In this document: positions 9,413 to 19,494 of the stretch, in pieces | Layout of the letters: the number at the start of each line of letters is the position of its first letter | How positions within the stretch are numbered: the first letter of the stretch is position 1 | Assembly (NCBI GenBank): GCA_902536655.1 | Contig: CACAYF010000001.1 | Span: 39,627 to 103,626, forward strand | Direction: 5' to 3' | DNA: 64,000 nt | From: an uncultured Alphaproteobacteria bacterium | GTDB lineage: Bacteria > Pseudomonadota > Alphaproteobacteria > Methylaequorales > Methylaequoraceae | The notes under the pieces: generated by a model | The model's database searches: none | Told to the model about the DNA's origin: nothing | What the model saw: the letters and a program-made list of their open reading frames with translations, nothing else | Translations under genes and position numbers: made by a program

Positions 9413-11341
9413 ATGTGTGGAATTACCGGAATAGTGACATCTAAATTCAATCTAAATATAAATAGATTGAAATCTGAAATCCAGTGTATGACTAATCAAT
9501 TAAAAAATAGGGGACCAGATAACTTGGGTTTTTGGTGTTCTAATAATGATGGATTATTACTTGGGCATTCAAGGCTTTCAATTTTTGATACATCTAAGTT
9601 AGGTAATCAACCTATGATTTCAAGAAATAAAAGATATGTAATGTCATATAACGGAGAGATTTATAACTTTAAAAAAATAAAAAGTACTATTGAAAATAAA
9701 TTTAATTTCACTTTTAAAAGCACTAGTGATTCAGAGGTTCTGTTGGAGTCAATATCATTTTTTGGCTTAGAAAAGACTCTTGAAATAGTCGTTGGAATGT
9801 ATGCTTTCAGTTTATGGGATTCAAAAGAAAAAAAACTTTATTTGGTTGCTGACCCTTTAGCTAAAAAGCCTTTATATTGGGGTATATTTGATAATCATTT
9901 GATCTTTGGATCTGAAATCAAAGCAGTTGCCAAGTCAAAATTTTTTAAAAAAAAAATTAATAAAAATGCTCTATCTAATTATCTTAAATTTTCTTATATA
10001 AAACCTCCTTTAACTATTTTTGAAGATTTATTCAAAATTGAGCCTGGAACTTATTTATGTTTTAGTAAAGATTTAGGTTTTAAAAAAAAAAGATACTGGA
10101 ATCCTGTCGATTACATTTACAACGAGGGTTCTGATTTTAAATCATTTGATGATGTTAAACTTGAAGTAAAAGAAATATTAGAACTAGCGGTCAAGGAAAG
10201 GGCTCAAGCTGATGTTCCTCTCGGGGTAATGCTATCAGGTGGAATAGATAGTTCACTAATCACTGCTGTTGCACAAAAAATATCTGCTTCCAAAATTAAA
10301 ACTTTTTCTGTTGGTTTCAAGGATAAATTATTTGACGAATCTTCTTTTTCACAAAAGATTTCCCATAAACTCGACACAAATCATAAAACATTCTTTTTAG
10401 ATAAAGAATTAATAAATAATATTATTTATAAAATTCCTGAAATTTACGATGAACCTTTCGGTGATTCTTCTCAAATTCCCACATTTCTTATTTGTAAAGA
10501 AATAAAAAAAGAAGTAACGGTAGTTCTTTCAGGTGACGGAGGGGACGAAGTTTTTGGAGGTTATTCAAGATATATATGGGCAAATCACTTTTTTTCTTTT
10601 AAAAAAATCTTTGGGACTCAATTATCCAGCATCTTATCAAAATTAATAAATTATTTCCCTGACTATATTTATGATTTTTTATCAGGAATTTTACCTGTCA
10701 ATTCTAGGCCAGCAGATTTCGGGCACAGAATTAAAAAGATAGCAAAGATTCTTAATTCACAAAGTGAAGATGAGATTTATTATAAATTAATTTCGAATAG
10801 TCGACTTAATGGCTTACTGAAAAGAGATATATCGAAACATGGAAAAACACTATTTCATGAAAGAGTTAAGCATTATTCTTTAACTGAGAAAATGCAACTT
10901 CATGATCTGCAAAATTACTTAACTGGAGACATTCTTGTTAAGGTAGATAGAGCCAGTATGTCCAATTCAATGGAAGTTAGGTCTCCTTTCTTGGATAGAA
11001 GAATAATAGAATATACGCTAAAAAATCTTCGTGTTTCTCACAAAATTAATAAAAATAAGGGAAAACTTTTATCTCGAAGTATTTTAAATGATTATCTACC
11101 AAAAAAATATTTTGATAGACCAAAAATGGGATTCGCACTCCCAGTTGATGTACTATTAAAAAATCAGTTAAAAGAAACAATTAACAATTATTTTTCCAAA
11201 TCGTACATTGAAAATCAAAATATCTTCGACAAAAAAAAAATTGATTGTTTTATGGATGATTATTTCACAAAAGGTCACAGTTTAAAAAACGAAGTATGGA
11301 ATCTTTTTATATTTCAATTATGGTATGAAAAATGGATGTAA
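9413..11341 (+). CDS. asnB: Asparagine synthetase (glutamine-hydrolysing), AsnB/WbpS-like
   Basis: N-terminal MCGITGIV (Ntn Cys2), LSGGIDSS PP-loop, 642 aa. Confidence 0.75.
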   Translation: MCGITGIVTSKFNLNINRLKSEIQCMTNQLKNRGPDNLGFWCSNNDGLLLGHSRLSIFDTSKLGNQPMISRNKRYVMSYNGEIYNFKKIKSTIENKFNFTFKSTSDSEVLLESISFFGLEKTLEIVVGMYAFSLWDSKEKKLYLVADPLAKKPLYWGIFDNHLIFGSEIKAVAKSKFFKKKINKNALSNYLKFSYIKPPLTIFEDLFKIEPGTYLCFSKDLGFKKKRYWNPVDYIYNEGSDFKSFDDVKLEVKEILELAVKERAQADVPLGVMLSGGIDSSLITAVAQKISASKIKTFSVGFKDKLFDESSFSQKISHKLDTNHKTFFLDKELINNIIYKIPEIYDEPFGDSSQIPTFLICKEIKKEVTVVLSGDGGDEVFGGYSRYIWANHFFSFKKIFGTQLSSILSKLINYFPDYIYDFLSGILPVNSRPADFGHRIKKIAKILNSQSEDEIYYKLISNSRLNGLLKRDISKHGKTLFHERVKHYSLTEKMQLHDLQNYLTGDILVKVDRASMSNSMEVRSPFLDRRIIEYTLKNLRVSHKINKNKGKLLSRSILNDYLPKKYFDRPKMGFALPVDVLLKNQLKETINNYFSKSYIENQNIFDKKKIDCFMDDYFTKGHSLKNEVWNLFIFQLWYEKWM

Positions 11342-11347
11342 CTCAGA

Positions 11348-12508
11348 TTACTTCTCTTCTATCTGAGTTAAAAATCTCTTAACAAACTTATTCATACCAT
11401 GCACATTAATTGAACCTTTATATGCCTCTTGAGAATTTGAAGAAATTCTTTTTCTAATTGATGGCTGCAAGGATTTATTAATTGTTTCTTCTAAATTTTG
11501 AAAATCCCAATCAAATGGTAAATATGTTTCATGAGGTAAAAAAATATCCGGCCAAGTTTCCATATGGTTTAACGATGGTTTTACTAAAAGAGAACCTGAA
11601 ATTATAGACTCATAATCCCTTGCACCAAGTTCTCCCCAACCAAAAGGGCTGAAAGATACCTTTGAACAATCCTGAATTTTTTTATAATCACTGTCAGAAA
11701 GAAAACCTTTTGCTTTTTTAATGAAATTTAGAGAACTGTTTTTTCCATATATTTCTTTATTGATAATAGAGGTTGATTTTTTTTTTGATAGGATTGAATT
11801 TAAATTTTCTACAAACTTTTGTCTGTGAAATTTAATTGTATTAAGGTTGTAATTAACACTTCCTCTAAAAAAAAAATCTATGTCTTTTTGTGAATTTATT
11901 GATACAAAGTTTTTTGGATATTTAAAAAAATTTGAAGTTGGAAATAATTTTCTTATAATTTCATGAATATAACTAAAAGATATATGAACATTCCCTAGTC
12001 CAATATTCCAACCTAATTTTAATTTTTGATTGTAATTATTTTGAAGCTTAAAACTTTTTTCAACAATTTGATCATCAGCGATTTTAAATTTTTTATTATA
12101 ATACTCTGTAAATATTCTTCCACCATAGAAGTCTTTTTTGTATAATGATCTATCTTTAAGTATTTGCTTTTTTAAATAAACATCAATATACGGCATTAAT
12201 TCAAAATTAGTAATAGAGCTACTATCAGAATTATCAAACCAAATTTTTTTTATTGTATTTTTATTTTTTTTTAAAAACTTAATTAATTCACCATTTGTTT
12301 TATAATAACTACCACTTTCATTAAAATGTCTGAATGCTGATTTTGAAATTAATAGTAAGATGTCGCAATCGAGAATTTTAGAACACACTTTTTTTAGAAA
12401 ATGTACGTCATAACCGTAATCACGAAAAATATGTATTGAATTTATTATTGGGAAAATAGTGTAATAAATTATTCCCTCATCGTGGTATAGAATATTTATT
12501 TTTTTCAC
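11348..12508 (-). CDS. hypothetical protein, possibly a glycosyltransferase-like C-terminal domain
   Basis: SFSPFGWGELGARDYESIISGSLLVKP is weakly GT-like; otherwise unknown. Confidence 0.3.
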   Translation of the reverse strand: MKKINILYHDEGIIYYTIFPIINSIHIFRDYGYDVHFLKKVCSKILDCDILLLISKSAFRHFNESGSYYKTNGELIKFLKKNKNTIKKIWFDNSDSSSITNFELMPYIDVYLKKQILKDRSLYKKDFYGGRIFTEYYNKKFKIADDQIVEKSFKLQNNYNQKLKLGWNIGLGNVHISFSYIHEIIRKLFPTSNFFKYPKNFVSINSQKDIDFFFRGSVNYNLNTIKFHRQKFVENLNSILSKKKSTSIINKEIYGKNSSLNFIKKAKGFLSDSDYKKIQDCSKVSFSPFGWGELGARDYESIISGSLLVKPSLNHMETWPDIFLPHETYLPFDWDFQNLEETINKSLQPSIRKRISSNSQEAYKGSINVHGMNKFVKRFLTQIEEK

Positions 12509-12563
12509 TTAATATATTTTATTTAATTAAAAACTAAAAAAAATAGTATATTATAAAATCAAG

Positions 12564-13271
12564 ATGTCTACTCGATTATCAACTAAAGAACATTTTAATA
12601 AGATATTCAAAAATTCAAAAAAACCACATTCTAACTTTTTAATGAGTGGTAAAAAAATTGGTAAAAAAGATGAGGTTATCATCAATATAATAAAATCATT
12701 TAATATCAAAAATAAAAATTGTGTAGATATAGGTCCAGGTGATGGAAGATGGACTAGCTTTCTAAAAAATTTTAATCCATCAAATTTAATTGGCATTGAT
12801 TTTTCTGAGGAAGTTTTAAAAAAAAATAGACAAATTTGTGATCAAATATTATTAACAAATATTCAAAATGAGAAATTGGCACTAAAGTCTAACAATATTG
12901 ACCTAATTCTTTGTCTGGAGGTTTTAGAGCATTTAACTTTTCCAAATTTTTTTATTTCAGAATTAATGAGAGTTTTAAAACCTGGGTCAATTGCAATATT
13001 TACTATTCCTAATATTTTATCATTTATCTCAAGACTAAGAGTTTTGTTAGGATTGTTGCCAGTAGCAATAATTTCAGATCCTACACATGTAAAATTCTAT
13101 AGACGCAAAGAAATTATTAGACTTTTTTCAAAATTTAAAACTGAAATTAAGTTTTATTCGTCAACCTTTTCCTTGAATATTTTTAATCCAAAAAGTAAAT
13201 TCAACATAAAGTCTTTTGGTTTGTTATCTAACTTTGATGATAGTTTAATTTTTTCTATAAAAAAATTATAA
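12564..13271 (+). CDS. Class I SAM-dependent methyltransferase
   Basis: VDIGPGDGRW (motif I) and LILCLEVLEHL (motif II/post-I). Confidence 0.6.
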   Translation: MSTRLSTKEHFNKIFKNSKKPHSNFLMSGKKIGKKDEVIINIIKSFNIKNKNCVDIGPGDGRWTSFLKNFNPSNLIGIDFSEEVLKKNRQICDQILLTNIQNEKLALKSNNIDLILCLEVLEHLTFPNFFISELMRVLKPGSIAIFTIPNILSFISRLRVLLGLLPVAIISDPTHVKFYRRKEIIRLFSKFKTEIKFYSSTFSLNIFNPKSKFNIKSFGLLSNFDDSLIFSIKKL

Positions 13272-13713
13272 AATATGTAAAAAACTATTTCTTGGAGATA
13301 TCCTAACTAACATTGACAGAGCTAGTATGGCTTCAAGCCTTGAATTGAGATTACCTCTGCTGGATTACACACTTATTGAATTTTCATTTAAAAATTTAGA
13401 TTCAAACTATAAAATTTACGGTAATAAAGGTAAATACATTTTAGGACAAATTTTAAAAAACTATATTCCAAAAAATTTAATTAATAGACTAAAAATGGGT
13501 TTTGCTATACCTCTATCAAAGTGGTATAGAGGAAGATTGAAAAATTCGATGTTAGATACTTTAAACTTAAATAAATTTAAGAGTCAAAATATACTTAATT
13601 TTCAGCAATTTGGTAAAATGATTAAAAACTACATAATATCAAAAAGAAATTGTTACCATAAGTTATGAAATATTTTGATGTTTCAAATGTGGTTCGATAA
13701 ATGGATAAAATAA
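13261..13713 (+). pseudogene. Decayed C-terminal fragment of an asparagine-synthetase (asnB-like) gene, frameshifted
   Basis: Translation FLGDILTNIDRASMASSLELRLPLLD...KMGFAIPL parallels residues ~505-600 of the intact AsnB at 9413-11341 (LTGDILVKVDRASMSNSMEVRSPFLDRR...KMGFALPV). The very C-terminal MFQMWFDKWIK* (vs FIFQLWYEKWM*) is in a different frame at ~13678-13713. No N-terminal two-thirds. Confidence 0.6.
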
Positions 13714-13726
13714 TATTCCTGCTAAA

Positions 13727-14899
13727 CTAATTGATAATAAGATTTTCATATATAGTGGTATGATTTTTTACCATCGCCTTTAGACAAAATTTTGTCGAAT
13801 CCTTTTTTGATTCTAAAGATTTTCTTTTCAATAAATTTTTATTTGACAGTAAAGTTTTCATCGCCTTGACTAATTGACTTTTATTATTGCTTTCTATTAG
13901 AAAACCATTTCTATTATTTGTAATCTCAGAATTTCCTCCAACATTTGTTGCTATTGTTGTTATACCATGACTGATAAATTCTATAAGGCTATTAGACAGT
14001 CCTTCTTCAAATGAAGAACTAATTCCAGCATCTGTAATATCTAGAAATTTTTTAATATATTTTGTTTTGTTTTTAAAAATAAAATAACCCTCAATTTCCT
14101 TTTCTTGAATTAAATTTTTTAGATATTTCTTATATTCATCTTTTCCTGAGCCTAAAAAAATAACTATGAACGGAGTTTTAACAAATTTTCTAAGTTCATC
14201 AACAGCATCAATTACTAGCTTGTGGTTTTTATAAGGTATCAAATTAGCTAAAACTAAAAAAACAAAAGTATTTTTTTTTATACCCAAAACTTCTTTAAAT
14301 TTATCTCTTGATTCTTTCTGTTTGTCATTTGTATTTACAAAACCGTTATAAATAACCTTAATTTTGCACTTTGGGGCTCCTTCATCTATTAAATTTTTTC
14401 TTACTGCAATAGCATTTGCAATTATTAGTTTTATTTTATTGTGAAGAAATAATTCAATTTTCCTTAAAGGAAGGAATTTAAATTTATTCTGATAGTGATT
14501 TAAAGATCTTCTGCTCATTATAATATTTTGATGATTATTTAAAATACCAATAAGACCTCCCGTCAAATATGCTAAAAATAAAAAACAATGAATAATGTCA
14601 GGTCTAGTTTTTTTTATTCTGAAGTAATTTACTACGAAATTTAAAAAATGACTTAATATTGATTTAAATTTAAATTTGGGAAGAAAAACTCTTACAGAAC
14701 TATCTAAATCCTCAAATAAATCACCCTTTTCGTTCATAAGAAGATAAAGATCAATCTTAAATTCTTTTTTATCCATTGAATTAATAAGATTGAGAAGTTG
14801 TTTTTCCGTTCCACCTAAACCAAGTGAGCCAATAAAAAAAGATATATGAATTTTTTGGGAAGTATTTTTTTTAAATTTTTGCTCAGATTTAAGCATCAA
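13727..14899 (-). CDS. Glycosyltransferase family 1
   Basis: EGLSNSLIEFISHGITTIATNVGGNSEI GT1 motif; 390 aa. Confidence 0.65.
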   Translation of the reverse strand: MMLKSEQKFKKNTSQKIHISFFIGSLGLGGTEKQLLNLINSMDKKEFKIDLYLLMNEKGDLFEDLDSSVRVFLPKFKFKSILSHFLNFVVNYFRIKKTRPDIIHCFLFLAYLTGGLIGILNNHQNIIMSRRSLNHYQNKFKFLPLRKIELFLHNKIKLIIANAIAVRKNLIDEGAPKCKIKVIYNGFVNTNDKQKESRDKFKEVLGIKKNTFVFLVLANLIPYKNHKLVIDAVDELRKFVKTPFIVIFLGSGKDEYKKYLKNLIQEKEIEGYFIFKNKTKYIKKFLDITDAGISSSFEEGLSNSLIEFISHGITTIATNVGGNSEITNNRNGFLIESNNKSQLVKAMKTLLSNKNLLKRKSLESKKDSTKFCLKAMVKNHTTIYENLIIN

Positions 14900-15178
14900 T
14901 TTTACTCATAGTGAAAAGGGCTTTAAATATATTCAATACTTACACTACCAAATTATTTTTTAAAATGATACTTTTGTTTTTAAGCATTTAATTAAAAGTC
15001 AAAACTAAAATTTTCAATTCAAATATATAATGTTATAACATTAAGTATAATTTATTATTTAATTATTATTAATTTATTTTTCAGTTTAGGTAAATTTAAT
15101 TCATATCAATTGTTTGACATGTTTTAATTAAATTTGGTAATTATTAAGATCTTTATATTTGTAAAAAAAAGGAAAAAT

Positions 15179-16795
15179 ATGCAAAAGCTTAAGGTTGCGG
15201 TAATAGGTTGTGGACATTGGGGAAAAAACCTTATAAGGGACTTTGCAGATTTGGGCGTGCTAAAATATGTTTGTGATTCAGATCCATTAATAGCATATGA
15301 AATTGCAAAACGATACAATGTTGAGACTAAGTCTTTAAAAGATATTTTACTTGGAGATGTATGTGGTGTTGTTATAGCTGCGCCTGCCGAACATCACAGT
15401 AAAATAGTAAAATCCTCACTTGAAGCAAAAAAACACGTTTTTGTGGAAAAGCCTATTTCTTTAAATGTTTTAGAAGCTAAAGAGTTATGTGACTTGGCTA
15501 AACTTAATAGTAAAATTTTAATGGTTGGGCATTTATTGCAATATCATCCAGCTTTTTTAAAGCTTAAAGAACTTGTTGATAAAGGTAAACTTGGTAAACT
15601 TCAATATATTTATTCAAATCGTCTAAACTTAGGCAAATTTCGAAGTGAGGAAAATATTTTATGGAGTTTTGCACCACACGATATTTCTATGATTTTAAGT
15701 CTTATTGGGAGTACACCAGAAAAAGTTGTTGCTACTGGTGCCGCACATTTGAGTAAAAATATTCACGATGTAACAATAACTCATTTAACTTTTAAAAATG
15801 ATATACAAGCTCATGTGTATGTCTCGTGGTTACACCCATTTAAAGAACAAAAGTTAGTTGTTGTTGGTGAAAGAGGCATGGCTGTGTTTGATGATGGTTT
15901 AGATTGGTCGATGAAACTAAAACTGTATCCTCATGAAGTAAAATGGGTTAATGGCTCTCCAGAACCGCAAAAAGCAGAATTTGAAGCTTTAATTCTTGAA
16001 TCTAAAGAACCACTTAGGACAGAATGTGAACATTTTTTAGATTGTATTCAAAAGAATAAAAGACCAAGAACCGATGGAAGTGAAGGTTTAAACGTTTTAA
16101 AAGTACTTGATGCTTCTCAGAGGTCTTTGATAAGAGGAAATACAATATATTTAGAAAATAATAAAGAAGAAAAAAATCAATTTTATTCTCATGAAACCGC
16201 ATATATCGACAAAGGTTGTTATATTGGTAAAGGAACTAAAATCTGGCATTTTTCTCATATTCTCAAAGGAGTTTACATTGGTGAAAATTGTAATATTGGT
16301 CAGAATAATATGATTGGTCCTGATGTTGTTGTTGGCAATAATTGTAAAATACAAAATAATGTAAGCTTATATAAAGGCGTAAAATTAGATGATGGTGTAT
16401 TTTGCGGTCCTTCTTGTGTTTTTACTAACGTGCATAATCCTCGAGCTGAAATTGATCGCAAAAAAGAATTTCTTAAGACTCATGTAGAGAAAGGGGTAAC
16501 TATTGGGGCTAACGCTACAATTATCTGTGGAAACAAATTGGGAGCCTATAGCTTTGTAGGTGCAGGTGCAGTTGTAACTAAAAATGTTAAATCTCACGCA
16601 GTTGTGGCTGGTAATCCTGCCAAACAAATTGGGTGGATATCACATGCAGGAGAACTGCTTGATAAATCTTTTAGATGTCCTAAAGAAGGTCGTAAATATG
16701 CAATTGATAAAGCTGGGAATTTAAAAGAAATTGAAAAAAAAAAAGTTTTGAATAAGCAGCCTAAAAATAAAACTAAAAAAATTGCTAACTTATGA
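15179..16795 (+). CDS. Bifunctional Gfo/Idh/MocA oxidoreductase (WbpB-like) fused to hexapeptide-repeat N-acetyltransferase (WbpD-like)
   Basis: N-terminal KVAVIGCGHWG Rossmann motif. The C-terminal third has left-handed beta-helix hexapeptide repeats (IGENCNIGQNNMIGPDVVVGNNCKI...). Likely start is the ATG at 15179, preceded by AAGGA. Confidence 0.65.
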   Translation: MQKLKVAVIGCGHWGKNLIRDFADLGVLKYVCDSDPLIAYEIAKRYNVETKSLKDILLGDVCGVVIAAPAEHHSKIVKSSLEAKKHVFVEKPISLNVLEAKELCDLAKLNSKILMVGHLLQYHPAFLKLKELVDKGKLGKLQYIYSNRLNLGKFRSEENILWSFAPHDISMILSLIGSTPEKVVATGAAHLSKNIHDVTITHLTFKNDIQAHVYVSWLHPFKEQKLVVVGERGMAVFDDGLDWSMKLKLYPHEVKWVNGSPEPQKAEFEALILESKEPLRTECEHFLDCIQKNKRPRTDGSEGLNVLKVLDASQRSLIRGNTIYLENNKEEKNQFYSHETAYIDKGCYIGKGTKIWHFSHILKGVYIGENCNIGQNNMIGPDVVVGNNCKIQNNVSLYKGVKLDDGVFCGPSCVFTNVHNPRAEIDRKKEFLKTHVEKGVTIGANATIICGNKLGAYSFVGAGAVVTKNVKSHAVVAGNPAKQIGWISHAGELLDKSFRCPKEGRKYAIDKAGNLKEIEKKKVLNKQPKNKTKKIANL

Positions 16796-17838
16796 AAAAA
16801 CGTGTTGTAACAATTGTTGGTGCAAGACCACAATTTATTAAAGCTTCAACTTTATCTAGAGAGATTAAAAACCATGATGTTTTTGAAGAAATAGTTATTC
16901 ATACAGGTCAGCATTTTGATAAAAATATGTCTGATATTTTTTTTGATGAGCTTAAGATTTCAAAGCCAAAATATAATTTTGATATTAATAGTTGTTCTCA
17001 TGGGAAAATGACTGGTCAAATGCTTATAGCAATAGAGGAGGTTTTTTTAAATGAAAAACCAGACTTAGTTTTAGTTTATGGTGATACAAATTCGACTCTA
17101 GCAGGTGCGATTGCAGCATCTAAACTAAATATCCCATTAGCCCATGTGGAAGCAGGTCTAAGGTCTTTTAACAGGAAAGTGCCTGAAGAAATAAACAGAC
17201 TTTTAACAGATCATCTAAGTAAGTTTCTATTCTGTCCAACAAAGCAAGCACTGAAAAACTTAAAAATTGAAGGAATCACAAACGGAGTTCACCACACTGG
17301 AGATATAATGTACGACGCCACAATATTTGCAAAAGATTACATAAATAAAAATTTAAAAAAGCTAAATAATAAGTTTAAAATACGTAAAAATGAATTTGGA
17401 TTAATGACTATTCACAGACAAGAGTCAGTAAATAATAAAATACAATTTTCTAAATTGTTGGACTATGCAAACAAGTTTTCAAAAAAAAATAATATAAAAA
17501 TTTTATTTCCCGTTCATCCTAGAACAAAAGCTCTGATAAAAGAATATAAGTTAATGTCAAACTTTTCCTTTCTAGATCCTTTGAGTTATTTTGAGATTCA
17601 ATACCTTCTAAGTAATGCTTTTGTTGTTTTAACTGACTCTGGTAGTCTTCAAAAAGAAGCTTATTTCCATAAAGTACCATGTGTTACATTTCGCTCAGAA
17701 ACAGAGTGGGTGGAAACTGTTAAAAATGGTTGGAACAGATTATGGACTGAAAATCATTATGAGTCTCGACAAAAAATTTTTGATTATGGTGACGGAAATG
17801 GAGCAAAAAATATAATCAATATTTTGTTAGAAAATTAA
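16792..17838 (+). CDS. UDP-N-acetylglucosamine 2-epimerase, non-hydrolysing (WecB/WbpI-like)
   Basis: N-terminal VGARPQFIKAS and HTGQHFD...M motifs of the epimerase_2 family. Confidence 0.7.
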   Translation: MKKRVVTIVGARPQFIKASTLSREIKNHDVFEEIVIHTGQHFDKNMSDIFFDELKISKPKYNFDINSCSHGKMTGQMLIAIEEVFLNEKPDLVLVYGDTNSTLAGAIAASKLNIPLAHVEAGLRSFNRKVPEEINRLLTDHLSKFLFCPTKQALKNLKIEGITNGVHHTGDIMYDATIFAKDYINKNLKKLNNKFKIRKNEFGLMTIHRQESVNNKIQFSKLLDYANKFSKKNNIKILFPVHPRTKALIKEYKLMSNFSFLDPLSYFEIQYLLSNAFVVLTDSGSLQKEAYFHKVPCVTFRSETEWVETVKNGWNRLWTENHYESRQKIFDYGDGNGAKNIINILLEN

Positions 17839-17862
17839 AAAAGTAATTCTTTTTGTAAACTA

Positions 17863-19035
17863 TTAATAATTGGCTTTACGTAACTTTTCAATAATTTCGT
17901 AAAACTTTTCAATAATATACGAAGAATACTTAATGTTCATTGGTAAACTTAAAACTTTACCTGAAACTTCTTCACTCACTTTTAAGGAGATAGATTTTGG
18001 AAACTTTTTGTATGCTTTTTGGAGATGTAAAGGTTTCTGATAATAAATCATAGAGGGTATCCCCGATTCTTTTAATTTCTCAATTAGAATTGATCTAGAA
18101 ATTTCGTTAGGTAATTGAATTGTGTATTGGGCCCACGCTGATTTTGCTCCTAAAATAACATACGGTACTTGGACGATATTTTTTAGCATTTTATTATAGT
18201 AACTTGCTATTTTTTGCCTTTCTCTAAGTTCATCATCAAATATTTTTATTTTTTCTAATAATATTGCTGCTTGAATTGTATCTAATCTTGCATTTAATCC
18301 GATGCGAATGTTGTCGTATTTGTGATCACCTTTACCATGCAGTCGTATTGACTTTAGTACCTCTGCAAGTTCGTCATCATCAGTAAAAATAGCACCTCCA
18401 TCTCCATAACAACCAAGAGGTTTTGCAGGAAAAAAACTCGTTGCTGTTGCATAAGCTAGCTTACCAACTTTCTTTTTTAACAATTCAGCTCCATAACTTT
18501 GTGCAGCATCAGCGAGAATCCATAACTTATTTTCATCTGCTATTTTTTTAAGTATATTATAATCCGATGGTTGACCAAATAAATCGACAGCAATTATTGC
18601 CTTTGGTTTTAGTCTCCTTTTTTTTGCAATTTTGATACTTTTAATTAAACTTTCTGAATCAATATTATAGGTGTCAAAAAGAACATCCACGAAAACAGGT
18701 GTAGCTCCTAAGATTGCAACTACCTCTGGTGTTGCGGTGTAGGTAAAGCTGGGAAGAAAAACAGCGTCACCTGGACCAATATTTTTTGCCATTAAAACCA
18801 TCAATAGAGCATCTGTGCCACTTGAACATGATATAACATTTTTAACTTTAGAATATGCTGCTAATTTTTTCTCCAGTTCAAAAACTTCAGGACCCATAAT
18901 ATACTTTCCATGATCTAGAACTCGTTTTATAGCCATATCGATTTGACTTTTTATTTTATTTTGCTGTGATTTGAGGTCAAGAAAAGGGATTTTTTTTAAT
19001 AAATTTTTTTTTTTGGCTTTAAGTTTGACTGACAC
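17863..19035 (-). CDS. DegT/DnrJ/EryC1/StrS family sugar aminotransferase (WbpE-like)
   Basis: IPFLDLK N-terminus and PLP-lysine region typical of DegT. Confidence 0.75.
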   Translation of the reverse strand: MSVKLKAKKKNLLKKIPFLDLKSQQNKIKSQIDMAIKRVLDHGKYIMGPEVFELEKKLAAYSKVKNVISCSSGTDALLMVLMAKNIGPGDAVFLPSFTYTATPEVVAILGATPVFVDVLFDTYNIDSESLIKSIKIAKKRRLKPKAIIAVDLFGQPSDYNILKKIADENKLWILADAAQSYGAELLKKKVGKLAYATATSFFPAKPLGCYGDGGAIFTDDDELAEVLKSIRLHGKGDHKYDNIRIGLNARLDTIQAAILLEKIKIFDDELRERQKIASYYNKMLKNIVQVPYVILGAKSAWAQYTIQLPNEISRSILIEKLKESGIPSMIYYQKPLHLQKAYKKFPKSISLKVSEEVSGKVLSLPMNIKYSSYIIEKFYEIIEKLRKANY

Positions 19036-19494
19036 TGCGAATAATTTCTTTTGAATAATTAGTTATTTGTTATGTGGCATTTAAGAAATTAATAACAATA
19101 CTTATTTTATATTCAAGCTCTGTTTTTTTGATTTTAAATTCTTATTTTAATATATCATATAAGTTTTAATACATCTATAAATTAGTACTGATATAAAATT
19201 AAACACTATCATCATAAAACTTTAAACATCCATTTTAAATTTTCTTAAGTTAAACTTCTCTTCTATCTTTATTCAGAATTATAAAGAACAAATTAGGCTT
19301 TGAATCTTTTAAATTAATTTTTTTAATCAAACACTAATTGTTTTTGCTTAGTCTTATGTATGTTTTAACACAAAGATATTTAATGCTACTTTGTCTTATT
19401 GTAGTAGTAATAATAATAGAACTCATTAATTTATTGAAAAAAATGTGACAAAATAATCAATGTTTATATTATAATTATTAATAGGAAAAGTAAT

